64,000 nt of DNA from Octopus sinensis (lineage: Eukaryota), in the NCBI RefSeq assembly GCF_006345805.1, contig NC_043004.1, positions 20,708,001 to 20,772,000 on the forward strand. The letters are read 5' to 3'. A program made the translations under genes and the position numbers. Below the pieces are notes generated by a model, which had not been told where the DNA came from, made no database searches, and saw only the letters and a program-made list of their open reading frames with translations. Below are positions 12,681 through 25,980 of the stretch, in pieces; the stretch's first letter is position 1; the number at the start of each line of letters is the position of its first letter.

Positions 12681-13876
12681 ATACAGCTCTACTTGTTATC
12701 TTGTCATCATCTCCACCATTATCAATATTTGTAACATATCAACTCTTGTAAAAACAGCCTAGAACCAGGAGGTGAAGATAACAAGGTGTGATTTGACTGC
12801 TATTTCCTGCATGTGGAATAACCATGTTAGTTTCCTACTTCAGAATTTCATTAGTTTACATAGCTGCAGAGAAAGAAGATACTGGAACATCAACAGAACT
12901 GGGTGGGATGAGCAAGAGGTTTATATGTTTAGGTCACTGAGCAAATATTCTGATTATTTTGGAATATATTTACTTTGTATAGGCTAGCTGAGAGGGGGTG
13001 GTGGTGGCGGGGGGGGGTAATGCCAACAACGACGAAAACTACATCAATGATATCACATGGCTAACATGAACTAGGATATCACAAGTTTATATACAGAAGT
13101 AAATACTGATGCGATTATCCATCCACCCATGTGTGTGTGTGTGTGTGTGTGTGTGAATAGATGGCTTGACAAACAAAAGCATGATTTTTTTAATGATCAT
13201 GCTCATTGTGATAATGATGATCTTCCAAATGGTTGTTCAGAAAACATTGAAGTTGATTATACAAAGATTTAAGATTGTCATAGCACTTTTATCGCATCAA
13301 CATCATTGTTAGCATTACTTGTACCATCAACATCCCTGTGACAATCATTACCATCATCTCACCAGCAACAGCTACAACATCCCTATCATCATAACCACCA
13401 GCGCCACCACTATCTTTGGCATTCAGCTTTGGTTGTGGCCATTTCCAGATAGCTGAATGTGGTGTATATGTGCATGTATGTTTACACGTGTGTGTGCACA
13501 TATGCATGTATGTGTGTGTGGACATAAGTGTGTGTGAATGCTGATATTCCATGCTTGTCCAAATGATGATGATGATGTTGAAATTAGTTGCTGACATTAT
13601 GATCAGTTTTTCAAAGATCTCTGGGTTGAAAAATCCCAGAGATGGGTTGGTAACAGGACATACATGAAGCAATAAAATTTGTGCTTCAAATAACTTCCTA
13701 CCTATTGCTTGCTGGTAAAGATAAAATGGATGTTAAACAAATTTGCATGTAAGTTATACCTCCTTCAGTAATATTACCTACATACTCCTAGAATTTGTAG
13801 TGCTCTCTTTTGTGATGGCAAACTCTTTTGTGCTGCTGGACAACCTTTAGAGTACCTGGAAGACTCTAAATCTCAC

Positions 13877-13891
13877 CGTCCTAGCTCCATT
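13877..13891 (-). CDS. Candidate 15-nt micro-exon (NGART, phase 0)
   Basis: ctacaatttag|AATGGAGCTAGGACG|gtgaga. Confidence 0.2.
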
Positions 13892-14059
13892 CTAAATTGT
13901 AGAGTTAACAGCATTTCTATTAGAATTTTGTAACCTGTCTGCAAATGAGGAAATTTTTAACAACCACATTACATTTTACAATGAAGCCCTGCTCACCAGT
14001 GGATTCTATGACAAAATTAAATTTTTACCTGACACTAAGCTTAAGATCTAAGCTCAACT

Positions 14060-14145
14060 GTATACCAAGTTTTAAATCTACAAAGGCTTGGATACCAAGC
14101 TTTAGATCTACTGAGGCTTGCATACCAAGCTTTAAATCTACATAG
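14060..14145. repeat. 30-bp minisatellite, about 3 copies
   Basis: ...ataccaagctttagatctactgaggcttgc... unit repeated with substitutions. Confidence 0.85.
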
Positions 14146-14667
14146 TGCTCCTAACTCTAATACAGACACTTACTCTGCTGACAGCAGCAACTCTTGCCCC
14201 ATCACTATGTCCCACTCTAGGTTCATTAATAGTGCCATCACCATTTTAGCCCAAACACGTAAATGCATATATGAAGAAAGATCATAACATAGAAATTATA
14301 TGCCTGGTACCTGCTGAGTACCCTAATCTCAAAGTCTTAAGTTTTCCTAACAAGAGTGAGAGGCAGCACATTTTCTAGTATACATCTCTCTTGTGCTTAA
14401 ATGTTAAGGGACTGTTAAAACAGTTTTTCAATATTATTGAATGAAATTTTCCTCCACAACTTAAATGTCACTTTATATTTAACCTGTCCTCAATTAAACT
14501 CTCCTAGTTAGCTACATCTAATATGGGATTAATTATAACATCTTCAAATATATGTAAGTTTACCTGTTATAACTCACACAATCCTATTCATAATAAAATT
14601 TAATAACTATGTCTGATAGAAACCTTACTAATAGTAGAGGGTACATTGGCAATGGCAGCCAACTTAA

Positions 14668-14900
14668 TCTTACTATAATGGGCATTATGTCTGTCTGTCT
14701 GTTCACTCTTCATGGTCAAAGGGTTGGACCAATGGTCATGATGTTGTTTTGGGATTACAAAGGAGGTAATCAGGAAGGTTTTTAGTGAAAAACAATGTTT
14801 AAAAGTATGATTATTTAGTGGATATTAAGGGTAATTGTTCAGTTTACGGTTGTAAAAAAGGAAATAAAAATTAAAGGGGAGATAACTAATAAAAGAAACA
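14668..14900 (+). mobile_element. Helitron-like 5' region
   Basis: TC start (tcttactataatggg), then (tctg)n and ggttggaccaatgg..catga, the layout of non-autonomous Helitron 5' ends. Confidence 0.4.
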
Positions 14901-14921
14901 AAGGAAAGTAAGTCAACTTAC

Positions 14922-14945
14922 TTTTAAATCATTGTGCATACACAG
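14922..14945 (-). CDS. Candidate 24-nt micro-exon (LCMHNDLK, phase 0)
   Basis: gatgctgtttcag|CTGTGTATGCACAATGATTTAAAA|gtaagt. Confidence 0.25.
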
Positions 14946-15178
14946 CTGAAACAGCATCCAAATGGTGAACAAATATTTTATTCTTCTTCACTGAATTATG
15001 CCGTATAAATTCATGCAAATATGAAACAAACAAAGCCTCTGAAGTGCCAAATTGATAGTATAATTTGCATTTAACATGCATCCACATGTTTCTGACATTT
15101 CCTTCATGTACAATTACCTCATAAGTGTATGCAACACCTTTTAAAATTCCAATATTATGGTCAACTGCTATTACTTAC

Positions 15179-15205
15179 TATGTGACTCCCAGGCAGAATC
15201 CATTG
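15179..15205 (-). CDS. Candidate 27-nt micro-exon (QWILPGSHI in phase 0; also open in phase 1)
   Basis: gcattaattcag|CAATGGATTCTGCCTGGGAGTCACATA|gtaagt. Confidence 0.25.
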
Positions 15206-15469
15206 CTGAATTAATGCAGTCAAAGTCTGCTCAGAACGATCAGGTGCTTCCACTAAGAAACATTATTTAGAAACTCTCTCTATTCTGTCGAAGACCCACT
15301 CCCACTTAATTTTTATTTACTTTTCTTAAGCCCTTAAACTGAACAAGTACCAATATTAAGTTTTGTATTACTATATCACCTTTGATTTTTTTTTTTTTGT
15401 TAAAATTCTGACAACAAGGATTAACTCTGGATTCCACCAACCCCATAAAGTTCATGAATTTAGATGGTT

Positions 15470-15650
15470 TAAATATGCAATACTATCCCTTTATTTCCCA
15501 TCATAGATGAGCAGATTCCTAAAGATTCCACTCGCGCATTCACAGTAAACAAAGCACAGAGCCAGACTTTAAATAGTGTAGGTGTATTTTTACCCATTCC
15601 GATGTTTATACATGGCCAGTTATAGGTCATTATGAGTAAAGGAATGGACT
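15470..15650 (+). pseudogene. Helitron PIF1-family helicase C-terminal fragment (motifs V-VI)
   Basis: AFTVNKAQSQTLNSVGVFLPIPMFIHGQL*VIMSK, compared with the consensus AMTINKAQGQTL..VG.YL..PVF.HGQLYVA.SR. Confidence 0.88.
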
Positions 15651-17089
15651 CCAAAGAGAAATTATTGTCAACAAAGAAGTTTTGTAATCATATTGATATA
15701 TTATCAAAAGGAATATGATTCATAATTTAAATAAGGAAATTTGTGAACTCTGAATGTGTAAGGGTATAAACAAGCGAAAAATAGTGTAAACAATTAAAAT
15801 AAAAGCAAATGTAAATGACATTTTTTTTTTCTTAATACTTTTTATGTAGTAGTTGAAAGAAGCTCTAGGAGTGGTCCACATAACCATTCATGATACAGAG
15901 ACTGGGAGCCTATTTCAGTTCGTTCAGTTTGGGAGTTATCACATATCACTTAGTCACAAACACATCATATAGCTGCAATAGAATGCTGTATCACTAGCAA
16001 TAATGAGATTACTCTAATACATCACCCAGTAATCTATCAAGTCCATTTACACATTTCTTAAAACATACTGCTGTTATAACTTCCCTCCCTCATTTTAGGT
16101 CTCCATCATAGATGGAAAGATTTGCTAGTGGAGGTAATGATTATAATAACATAATAATATTATTGATAACAATATAACAATATCAGAGAAAATGTGGATA
16201 TCAATGGAAATCACAGTGAAGAGACAACTCTATAACAATAATATCTATATGACTCTATAACAATATCTGCATAATAATATCTAATAATAATATCTATATG
16301 AAAATTGTTTTGAGAAGCAATAATGATGAGAGGAGTTGATAGGAAAAGAGCAATTATAATAATATCATTATGAATCCCATCAGACATAGAAATAATAATA
16401 CAAATTATAATACAAACCATAGCAATCATAGCAACTATATTAGGGACCTAGGGATACTGATTAATCTAGATTATAATGTTAGCCATGTGCGTACTAACAT
16501 TATGGATAGCCACAGTGGCAGCAAAATAGATAACACACGGGGAATTAGTTTAACTGGTGATAGATATCTGAATAACAATACTAGTAGCAATGGTCATGGA
16601 AGCTTGTTAGGCAGAACTGCAACTGAATGGCCCCTGCTGAAGGTATAATGTAGTCTACAAATGAACAATTTTTAAGAAACAACAGGCTTCAAGTGTTGGG
16701 TTTTAACTGACATTGGCTCATTTACCTCTACTAAATGTATTAATTCATTTCAAGAATAATAATAATTCATATAGTATTTCTTAATCCATTCTTAACACTA
16801 GAAGGTCATATCAGGGTGGTCAAGCTCCTTGCAATTTATGCAGTAAAAAAATCTATTGAAATCTTAAGACATAATCTCTATTACATATTGACCTGCCAGA
16901 GTGATGCTATGGCCGCTAGTGTTCATCAATTCTCTAAAACTTTCTGGTTTTATCATAGAACAAAATGTCATGCTTAAACTAGATCCATGTACTTTACACT
17001 CTTCTGATTAGTAACTCCCATTCTAATTAGTAGTACCCACTGATTAGTAGCATCCACTTCTAATTTCTTACAGTCTCTATATTTCATCT

Positions 17090-17290
17090 TTTTTACTTGT
17101 TTCACTCCTTTATCTGTGGCCATACTTGGGCACTGCCTTGAAGGGTTTTAGTCAAACAAATCAGCCCCAGGGATTTTTTGAAAGCCTAATACTTATTAGA
17201 TCAGACTCTTTTGCTGAACTGCTAGGTTACAGGGACGTAAACACAATAACACTAGTTGTGAAGCAGTGTTGGGGACAAGCATAGACACAA
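17090..17290 (-). mobile_element. SINE-B tail half followed by a long (TA)n tract
   Basis: tgtggccatacttgggcactgccttg...aaatcagccccaggga...acgtaaacac. Confidence 0.75.
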
Positions 17291-17389
17291 AGAGACACAC
17301 ATACACACACACACATACATACAAACATACATACATACACAAATATATATATATATATATATATACATACATACATACATATATATACA

Positions 17390-17430
<41 letters not shown>

Positions 17431-17459
17431 TACATATATATATATATATATATACATAC

Positions 17460-17583
<124 letters not shown>

Positions 17584-17596
17584 ATATATATATATA

Positions 17597-18210
17597 CAGT
17601 TGCGGCCAAAATGTTCAGAACAGCATTGTTTTCGTCAGAAAAGTAGGTATAATTTTTTATTAAAGTTGTTTTATATTCTATAATTTTCACAGACAATAAA
17701 TACGCTATTAATTGTTATTGACTGAGATTTTGGTGTAATTTGAGAGGATAATACAAAAGTTATGGATGATTTAGGGATTTACAATCTTTGCAATAGACCC
17801 AATACTTAAATTATCCTTTTTCGAAGCTTAATAAGCTGCTGACGAATTGGTAACGGAGTAAGTGACATTATATTAACAAAGTACACTGCAGATATTCTTA
17901 CTAATGTTTAGTAAACGATCCGTCACATAAACAAATTCAAAACATTAGGGTTCGCCGGTTAAATATACTAAAACACGGAGTAAAAGCAACCGTTCTGATC
18001 ATTTTGGCCGCCATGGATTTTGCAGTAAATCACTAAATCATCCATAACTTTTGTATTATCCTCTCAAATTACACCAAAATCCCAGACAATAACAATTAAT
18101 ATTGTATTTATTGTCTGTGAAAATTATAGAATATAAAACAACTTTGATAAAAAATTATACCTACTTTTCTGACGAAAACAATGCCGTTCTGAACATTTTG
18201 GCCGCAACTG
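17597..18210. mobile_element. Tc1-type MITE with ~185-bp TIRs (IR/DR type), 614 bp
   Basis: cagttgcggccaaaatgttcagaac... / ...gttctgaacattttggccgcaactg; TA flanks; inner repeat of the terminal motif at 17991-18012. Confidence 0.95.
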
Positions 18211-18237
<27 letters not shown>

Positions 18238-18241
<4 letters not shown>

Positions 18242-18290
18242 GGTGTCCCAAAAGTCACTGATGGGTTTCAATTTTTAATAACTTCGAAGG
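18238..18290 (+). mobile_element. Isolated Tc1/mariner-superfamily terminus
   Basis: cagggtgtcccaaaagtc end motif; no partner TIR seen. Confidence 0.4.
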
Positions 18291-18770
18291 CTGACCAATG
18301 AAGACTAAATCAAGAAACAAATAAAGTCAATCATGTATTGAAATACATTGAAACAAAGTATATGCCACAAACAAATGAACTCATCAAGGCTGCAAGTAGA
18401 ACTGTTGCAGAAAAGATGGGATTACAGATCAATGAGAACATAACGTTGATGGAAAAAAAAAGGACATAAAACAACCTTGATGGAAAAGGAGAATAACAAA
18501 AGATATAATAATCTCTCTGAACAGTGTAGCATCAATACTTGGCAAAAATGATGCATTGGGAGCTTTGTGAAAATTAAAGCCTAGAAAAACCAGATGTGGT
18601 ATGATCAAATCCCAGAAGGAGTTACTAAGAATGATGACTGCAAAATCCTAAGGGATGTAATGATTCAGTTTGACCATCAGATTAAACATCAGAAATCTGA
18701 AATTGTAGTTATTGAACAGAAAAGGAAAAAAGAAAAAGAAATATGCCCGATAATTGACATAGTATGGCAG
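18290..18770 (+). mobile_element. R4/Dong-clade non-LTR retrotransposon, internally deleted
   Basis: QP*WKRRI N-terminal motif joined to AKMMHWELC..WYDQIPEGVTKNDDCKILRDVMIQFDHQIKHQKSEIVVI (RLE region). Confidence 0.85.
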
Positions 18771-19619
18771 TTGTTTTCAACTCTATTTTCAATCACATGT
18801 GAATCGTGAGTTTATCATGCATGCAAACCCCATTTCAGCCAATCAGAACTTTTTGTTCATGTGACAATCTTTAGCACTTTCTATTAATGAAGGCATTAAA
18901 TATAGCAGCTTTTAGCATGGAAAAGCTGAGAGAATTCAGATTTCATTGAAATAATCTCAGGTGAATTTTCTCTCATAACTGTTTACACAGCTTCATACTC
19001 AAACCAGCACGATTCTCCTAAAAGCTGTTTTCCCATCTCTATACCAAACCAGGTGATGGATGAAGAAGCAACACAGTCATGTGTAATTGCAGCAATATGA
19101 AGAATCAGCCCAATTATCAATTATCTGTTGAAGACCTCTGGCCCCTATAAAACACGATGTTCACATAAAATTGTCTGTATTTCATGAAGCCTTGTAATAA
19201 TGTAGCAATAGATTATGCATATAAACGGACACTATGTCTTTGTCCTAACCATGCTACAATAGCATACCCTTGTGACAACAGGATCAAAGAGAAAGAAGGA
19301 AAAGTGATTAGTTGAAGTGGGAATTATGCAAGTTGTGGACAAACATGATACTAATAGGGATTGGTGCACCACCAACATGGCTGAAAATGACTGAACCAAA
19401 TGTAAAAATAGAACACCTAAAAATCAGCACTGTACGGAAATGCAGAAGTTTAATGCAGGGTCCCTAAAGCATGATCAATAAACAAGGATTTTACCATTCA
19501 TCCTTTTGGAGTGAATGAAATATGTACCAGTTATGCATTGGGGTTGATATAATCGACTCGCACCCTCCCCCAAAATGTTCAGGCCTTGTGCCTATAGTAG
19601 AAAGGATTATTATTATTAT

Positions 19620-20110
19620 TGAGTAAAAGAGCAATGCATGCCATCAAAGTTTCACTGGTACAAATATATGAAGCCCAATTTGCATGGCTACTAATCTGAT
19701 AAGGGTACACGAAGCACGTGCATCACAATCATATGTGTGCAACACGGTGACCTCATATCAAGATAAACTGTGCATGACCTTGCAGGTGGGGCCCAATTAG
19801 AATTTTCTTTAGGTTGAGTAGCCCATCATTCTCAAAAAATCCCTGATAAGGTTTGTTTAAGGATAATGAACAAAGCAGCCATTTTTCCTGAGGTAAATTA
19901 TTCAAACCACAAAGAATTCCTCTCCACACATGGCTATGATGCTCCTCCACTATTTCTGTTTGTGATCAGAGATGCACATATCATCAATCACGAAGGGACA
20001 TGCTCACTAGTTATGGTCAAGCAAATCTGTGGTGTTGAGCAGAATATTTGCTGTTGCCCAACTGTCATATCAGGATAAAACATGCACATAAGAATCTGAA
20101 GTATTGAGCA
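19620..20110 (-). mobile_element. Non-coding (AAT)n-tailed retroposon, copy 1 (preceded by a SINE-A fragment at 19490-19610)
   Basis: High similarity to copies at 20352, 53479 and 59352; shared 3' end ...gcactgctctctcactca(aat)n. Confidence 0.8.
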
Positions 20111-20114
20111 GAAT

Positions 20115-20351
20115 TCTTCTTCTTCTTCTTCTTCTTCTTCTTCTTCTTCTTCTTCTTCTTCTTCTTCTTCTTCTTCTTCTTCTTCTTCTTCTTCTTCTTC
20201 TTCTTCTCTTCTTCTTCTTCTTCTTCTTCTTCTTCTTCTTCTTCTTCTTCTTCTTCTTCTTCTCTTCTTCTCTTCTTCTTCTTCTTCTTCTTCTTCTTCT
20301 TCTTCTTCTTCTTCTTCTTCTTCTAATTATTATTTTTATTATTATTATTAT
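20115..20351. repeat. (CTT)n + (ATT)n microsatellite
   Basis: Direct inspection. Confidence 0.97.
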
Positions 20352-20879
20352 TGAGTGAGAGAGCAGTGCATGTCATCTAAGTTACACTGGGATAAAATAT
20401 ATAAAGCCCAGTATAACCATCATGACTACCTGTGTGATAAGGGTACACCAGGCATATGCATCACAACCATATGTGTGTAAAAGGGTGATCTCGCATCAAG
20501 ATAAACAGTGCTTGACCTTGCAGGTGGAGCCCAGTTAGAATTTTTTCAGGTTGAGTAGCACATCCCACCCAAAAGGTCCCTGAATAAGGGTTGTTTAAGG
20601 ATGGTGGATTATGCAAACCCCAAAGAATTCCTCTCAATACATGGCTATGATGCTTCCCCACTACTTCTGCTCATGATCAGAGATGCACTTACCATCAACC
20701 ACAAAGGACATGCTTAACTGGTTAAGGTCAAAGAACTGACAAGCAAATCTGTAGTATTGAGCAGAATATTTGTTGTAGCCCATCTTTTATACCAAGACAA
20801 AACAATGTACATGATAACACTTCCAATCAATTAAGATCAAAAGCCATGAGAGCCACTGCCTGGTACTGCATCAGGGCAT
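20352..20879 (-). mobile_element. Non-coding (AAT)n-tailed retroposon, copy 2 (longest, ~530 bp)
   Basis: As copy 1; extends to ...ggtactgcatcagggca. Confidence 0.8.
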
Positions 20880-21105
<226 letters not shown>

Positions 21106-21114
21106 GTGTAAGAA

Positions 21115-21297
21115 TCATTACTGCATCAGAACAATTGCATAGTGGCATTTCTTCTGGCTCTTTATGTCCTGAGTTCAAATTCTCTCTTTAATCCTTTCAG
21201 GGTCAATAAAATAACTACCTGTTAAACAATGGGATTGATGTAACAACTTACTCTTCCCTTAAAACTGCTGGCCTTGTGCCAAGATTTGAAACCATAA

Positions 21298-21300
<3 letters not shown>
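21115..21300 (+). mobile_element. SINE-A with (ATT)n tail
   Basis: ctgagttcaaattc...cctttcagggtcaataaaataactacc...ggccttgtgccaagatttgaaacc. Confidence 0.8.
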
Positions 21301-21350
<50 letters not shown>

Positions 21351-21352
<2 letters not shown>

Positions 21353-21625
21353 TATATACTCAACAGATTAGACTGTTGGAAAAGAAAGGAATCTTAACAT
21401 TGGCCTACAAGTTGCCTTAGATGCCAAGAATCCTCCTAAGTATCCTAACTGTCCCTAATAACACTGTTTTCTGAAGCTGTACCAAACTAGGTTTTATACC
21501 TATTTCCTTTGTCCATCTGTTTGGATATTTAGGGATAGTTCCCAATGCACCTATAACTACTGGCATACATTTTACCCGCACTTTCCATAGTCACTGTAAT
21601 TCAATAGCTAGTTCCTGGTACTTTG
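21351..21625 (-). mobile_element. R4/Dong-clade 3' end with 3'UTR and (AAT)n tail
   Basis: KYQELAIELQ*LWKVRVKCMPVVIGALGTIPK...QLQKTVLLGTVRILRRILGI*. Confidence 0.88.
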
Positions 21626-21659
21626 CTATATTTTTTTTTACTTCCCATATTAATTCTTT

Positions 21660-21887
21660 CATCATTGGGACTGGTGGCAAGCTGGCAGAATCATTACCAC
21701 TCCAGGCAAAATTCTTTGCGGCATTTAATCCGTTTTTATGTTCTGAGGTCAAATTCTTCCAAGGTCAACTTTGCCTTTCATTCTCTTTCGGGGTTGATAA
21801 AAATAAGTACCAGTTCATCACTGAGGGGGGCAGTGTAATCGACTTATCCCTTGCCCCAAAATTGCTGGCCTTGTGCCAAAATTTGAA

Positions 21888-21923
<36 letters not shown>

Positions 21924-22429
21924 ATTATCATTCATGAGGAGGAGGATGGTGGTAATGATGAGGATGTTGATGATGATATACCTAAACATGAGCTGACAGA
22001 ATCATTAGCACACTGGATGAAATGCTAAGCAGTATTTCATCCGTCGCTGTTCTGAGTTCAAATTCCGCCAAGGTCAAATTTGCCTTTTATCCTTTCAGGT
22101 TCAATAAAATAAGTACTGGTTGAATGCTGGGGTCGATGTAATCAACTCATTCCCACCTCCCCCAAGCTATCCTTGTGGCAAAAATTTGAAATAATAATTA
22201 TTATTATTATCGAAAGGTGGTGAGCTGGTAGAATTGTTACCACGCTGGGCAAAATGTTCAGCAGTGTTTCATCTGCCTCTATGTTTTGAGTTCAAATTCA
22301 GCCAAGGTTGACTTTCCCTTTCATCCTTTCAGGATTGATAAATTAAGTACCAGTGAAACACTGGGGTCGATGTAATCAACTTGTCCCCCTTTGCCCCAAA
22401 TTTCAGGTCTTGTGCTTCCAGCAGAAAGG

Positions 22430-22480
<51 letters not shown>
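21660..22480 (+). mobile_element. Three head-to-tail SINE-A copies with (ATT)n tails
   Basis: Repeated gagctggcagaatc...ttctgagttcaaattc...aataagtaccag blocks at about 21665, 21990 and 22215. Confidence 0.88.
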
Positions 22481-23371
22481 GATGAGGATGAGGAGAAGGA
22501 TGATAGTGGTAATGATGGAGATGTTGATGATGATAAAAATTCTCTGGCATCAATGCTTCAACCTTCACCATCACCATCACCATTGTCATAAGCAGCAGCA
22601 ATACATTCTTTCCCATTAAGAAGCTTTTTTCTTTCAATGGCTATGTTAATCTAGAGCAAATTGATAACTGTTAAAAATAAAATGTAAGAAAGAAATAAAA
22701 TCTAGAAAGATTTTTGAATAACAATAAAAATGTTAGTTGTGGTGCCAAATCGTAAAAATGAACAAAATGTTTTTTTAAAATCAGTTTTTTTTCAATAGTT
22801 TTGAGATAAAAAAGAAAGAGCAAAGAATTCTGTGTTTTGTGCCAGATTCTGTGGCTTCCAGCTATCAATCATAGTTTTCAATAGAGTTTCAAAATCCTTA
22901 TGTTTGTAGTAAAGCTCTCTGGGTTACAAAACATGAATGTATGAAATGAATGTGTGTGTGTGTGGTGTGTGTGTGTGTGTGTGTGCAAGCGTGTGCATTA
23001 GAGTATATGTAACACCATATTTACATTCTAATCTCTGTTGGCAATATGTTTTAGCAAGTGTGTGTGAACGTGTGGGTTTGTGTTTAGAAAAATGTGTGTG
23101 TGTGTGTGTGTGTGTGTGAGTGGGTGGGTGTTTGGGGGTGCATACACGCACACACATATATCTGTATCTATCTCTCTATATATAATATTAAGTGCAGATG
23201 TGTGTGTAAATATATATATATATATATATAGGGAGAGTTTAGGAAGACAGGTGGTGTACAAAACAAACAGATGTATTAGTATAACGCTCAGGAATAGAAA
23301 GGGACACAGAAAAAAAACAAGGAGAGAAAAAAAGGAGAGAAAAATGTGTGTAGTGGCTAACGATCTATCAC

Positions 23372-23404
<33 letters not shown>

Positions 23405-23921
23405 CCTATATATTTGCAAGCTTTTATATATGATTGGGTAGATAGTTATAAGAAAGTTTGTAGATAACTGTGTGTGCATGTATGTAGGCATATAGTTGGG
23501 TATTTTATCATGACTTGTACCAACAAATCCATTGTGGCATGGTGATTTACAATCCCTCCCCCACACTGCCCTCTCTTCCTACTTATCTAGATACCATAAC
23601 TGATTTTGTATATACTTTCAGACCAGCTTCTTCCATTGCTTATTTGGTCCTCCGAGGTCTAGTTACTCTCACATAAAGACTTCTGCTGCTAATGTGTTAA
23701 TACTTCACTGAATGACAAAACTCCACCCTACCATGTGTGGTACTAAATACAATGAACTGATATCACTGAATACACTATAGTACAGCTTGCTGTACACCTA
23801 AGTGGTATTGCTTCCACAGTATTTATACTATGTGACCTGAGTTGATCAATGAAAGCCTAAGATCAAGAACCTATCCTGAATTTGTCTACAAGCATTGCTC
23901 TTCTCCCAATAATCTGATGAG

Positions 23922-23987
<66 letters not shown>

Positions 23988-23989
23988 TC

Positions 23990-24218
23990 TATTATTTGTT
24001 TCAGTCATTTGACTGTGGCCATACTGGAGCACTGCCATTAGTCAAACAAATCAACCTCAGGACTTATTTTTTTGTAAGTCTAGTACTTTTTCTATCGGCC
24101 TATTTTGTCAAACCACTAAGCTTCGAGGACGTAAACACACCAACATCAGTTGTCAAGCGATGGTGGAGGGACAAACTTATACATACACACACACACAACA
24201 CACACACACACACACATA

Positions 24219-24276
<58 letters not shown>

Positions 24277-24450
24277 GTATGTATATATATATGATGGACT
24301 TCATTCATTTACTATCTACCAAATCCACTCACAAGGCTTTGGTCGGCCCGAGGCTATAGTAGAAGACACTCGCGCAAGATGCCACACAGTGGGACTGAAC
24401 CCTGAACCATGTGGATGGTAAGCAAGCTACTTACCACACAGCCACTCCTA
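23990..24450 (-). mobile_element. Full-length SINE-B with internal (CA)n/(TA)n
   Basis: Tail half 23990-24175, microsatellite, head half 24295-24450. Confidence 0.9.
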
Positions 24451-25282
24451 TATATCTATGTATATATAGAGAGAGAGATAGAGGTGGGAGAGAGAATGTG
24501 TGTGAGAGGGACGGAGAGAGAGAGAAATGGAATGATGCTGCTAAGTTTCAGTTTTCTGTGGAGGAGTGTTTAACTTATGTTGGTAATGTCTTTATTCAAA
24601 CCAAGAATAGGATAACTTTCCATTATTAAACACCCTCATTGTGCATGGTAAGTGTTTGCATAATCATTGTCATTGCAGCTATCACACCCACACACACACA
24701 CACACACATCCACACATAGAGACACACACATGCTCAGAGTATATATATAATATATTGACTTATCTAAAGGAGTCAATCTCCTTGATAAAGTTTGCAATGA
24801 AGCAACATCGTCAAAATATCAATTTATTTTTACTTGTTCAACAAGAAAATTCCAAGATTTCAAAACCATAAACACAACAAACAAATTATAATGTTTATCC
24901 AATGTTACTTTTATTTTCAAGTGATGTACAAGTAATGAAAAAAAAAAAAAATTAACACTAAAAGTGAAGATTTACACAAGACTATGAAATACTTCCAAGT
25001 TGACATGACAAACGAATGGATTCCTGTCATTTCATAAATTTCTTGAACACATTTTTCTGGGTTTCTATAAAGTTTCAATGAGAATATAGAAGGAAAGCAT
25101 TTATGTGTGTGCATATATATGTGTATAATATGAGATGAGAAGAAACAGAGAGGTATATATATGTATACATACATATATATAAATATATATATATAAATAT
25201 ATATATATATGTCTTCTCATCTCTTTCTCTCTACTGATATATAAATATATATATGTATGTATGTATATGTATATAATATATG

Positions 25283-25353
<71 letters not shown>

Positions 25354-25589
25354 GTATATATATGTATATATATGTATATATATGTATATATATATATTAT
25401 ATATATATATATGCATGTATGTATATATATATATATGTATGTATGCGTTTGTGTGTATGCACGGGTGTGTGTATTTACCTGCATGTATGTGTGTCCAAGT
25501 CATTTATACATCATTATGTACATACTTTATATATACTTTATACACACACACATGCATATACATGTATATGTGTAATGAATGCACGTATA

Positions 25590-25790
25590 AAATACTTGGT
25601 GCAAATGAGCTGAGAGATAAACTAGGTATGGCAGGGATCAGCTGTAATGAGCATGAACAAAAACTGCATTGGTCTGCACATGATTTGCATATAAAGCATC
25701 ATCACAGATGGGTAAAGAAGTGCAAAGGGACCCAACTGAAAGGAAACTGAGTAAGAGGAAAATCAGGAGGATTTTCAATGATGTATTCTC
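25590..25790 (+). mobile_element. RTE-clade LINE ORF C-terminal fragment
   Basis: ANELRDKLGMAGISCNEHEQKLHWSAH...WVKKCK..LKGN*VRGK resembles RTE ..ELREKLG...RLRW.GHV.R...VKKC....G...RGRP. Confidence 0.7.
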
Positions 25791-25980
25791 ACAGCCAGTC
25801 ACATGACTGGATAGGAACCATCACTGATATAAGAAAAAGTGAAAAAATCTTTCACTCATATAGTGAATAGCAGCACAACTGATGAGAAATCTAGTATACA
25901 AGGCTAAAATACATCAGGCACTCTTGCTGGATACTACTGGTTTGGATATCTTTTTATCTCTCTTTGACACCTATTATAGT

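Noticed and set aside
16370-16648. Asn-rich 92-aa ORF
   Set aside because: Degenerate (AAT/ACT) tract with no domain similarity
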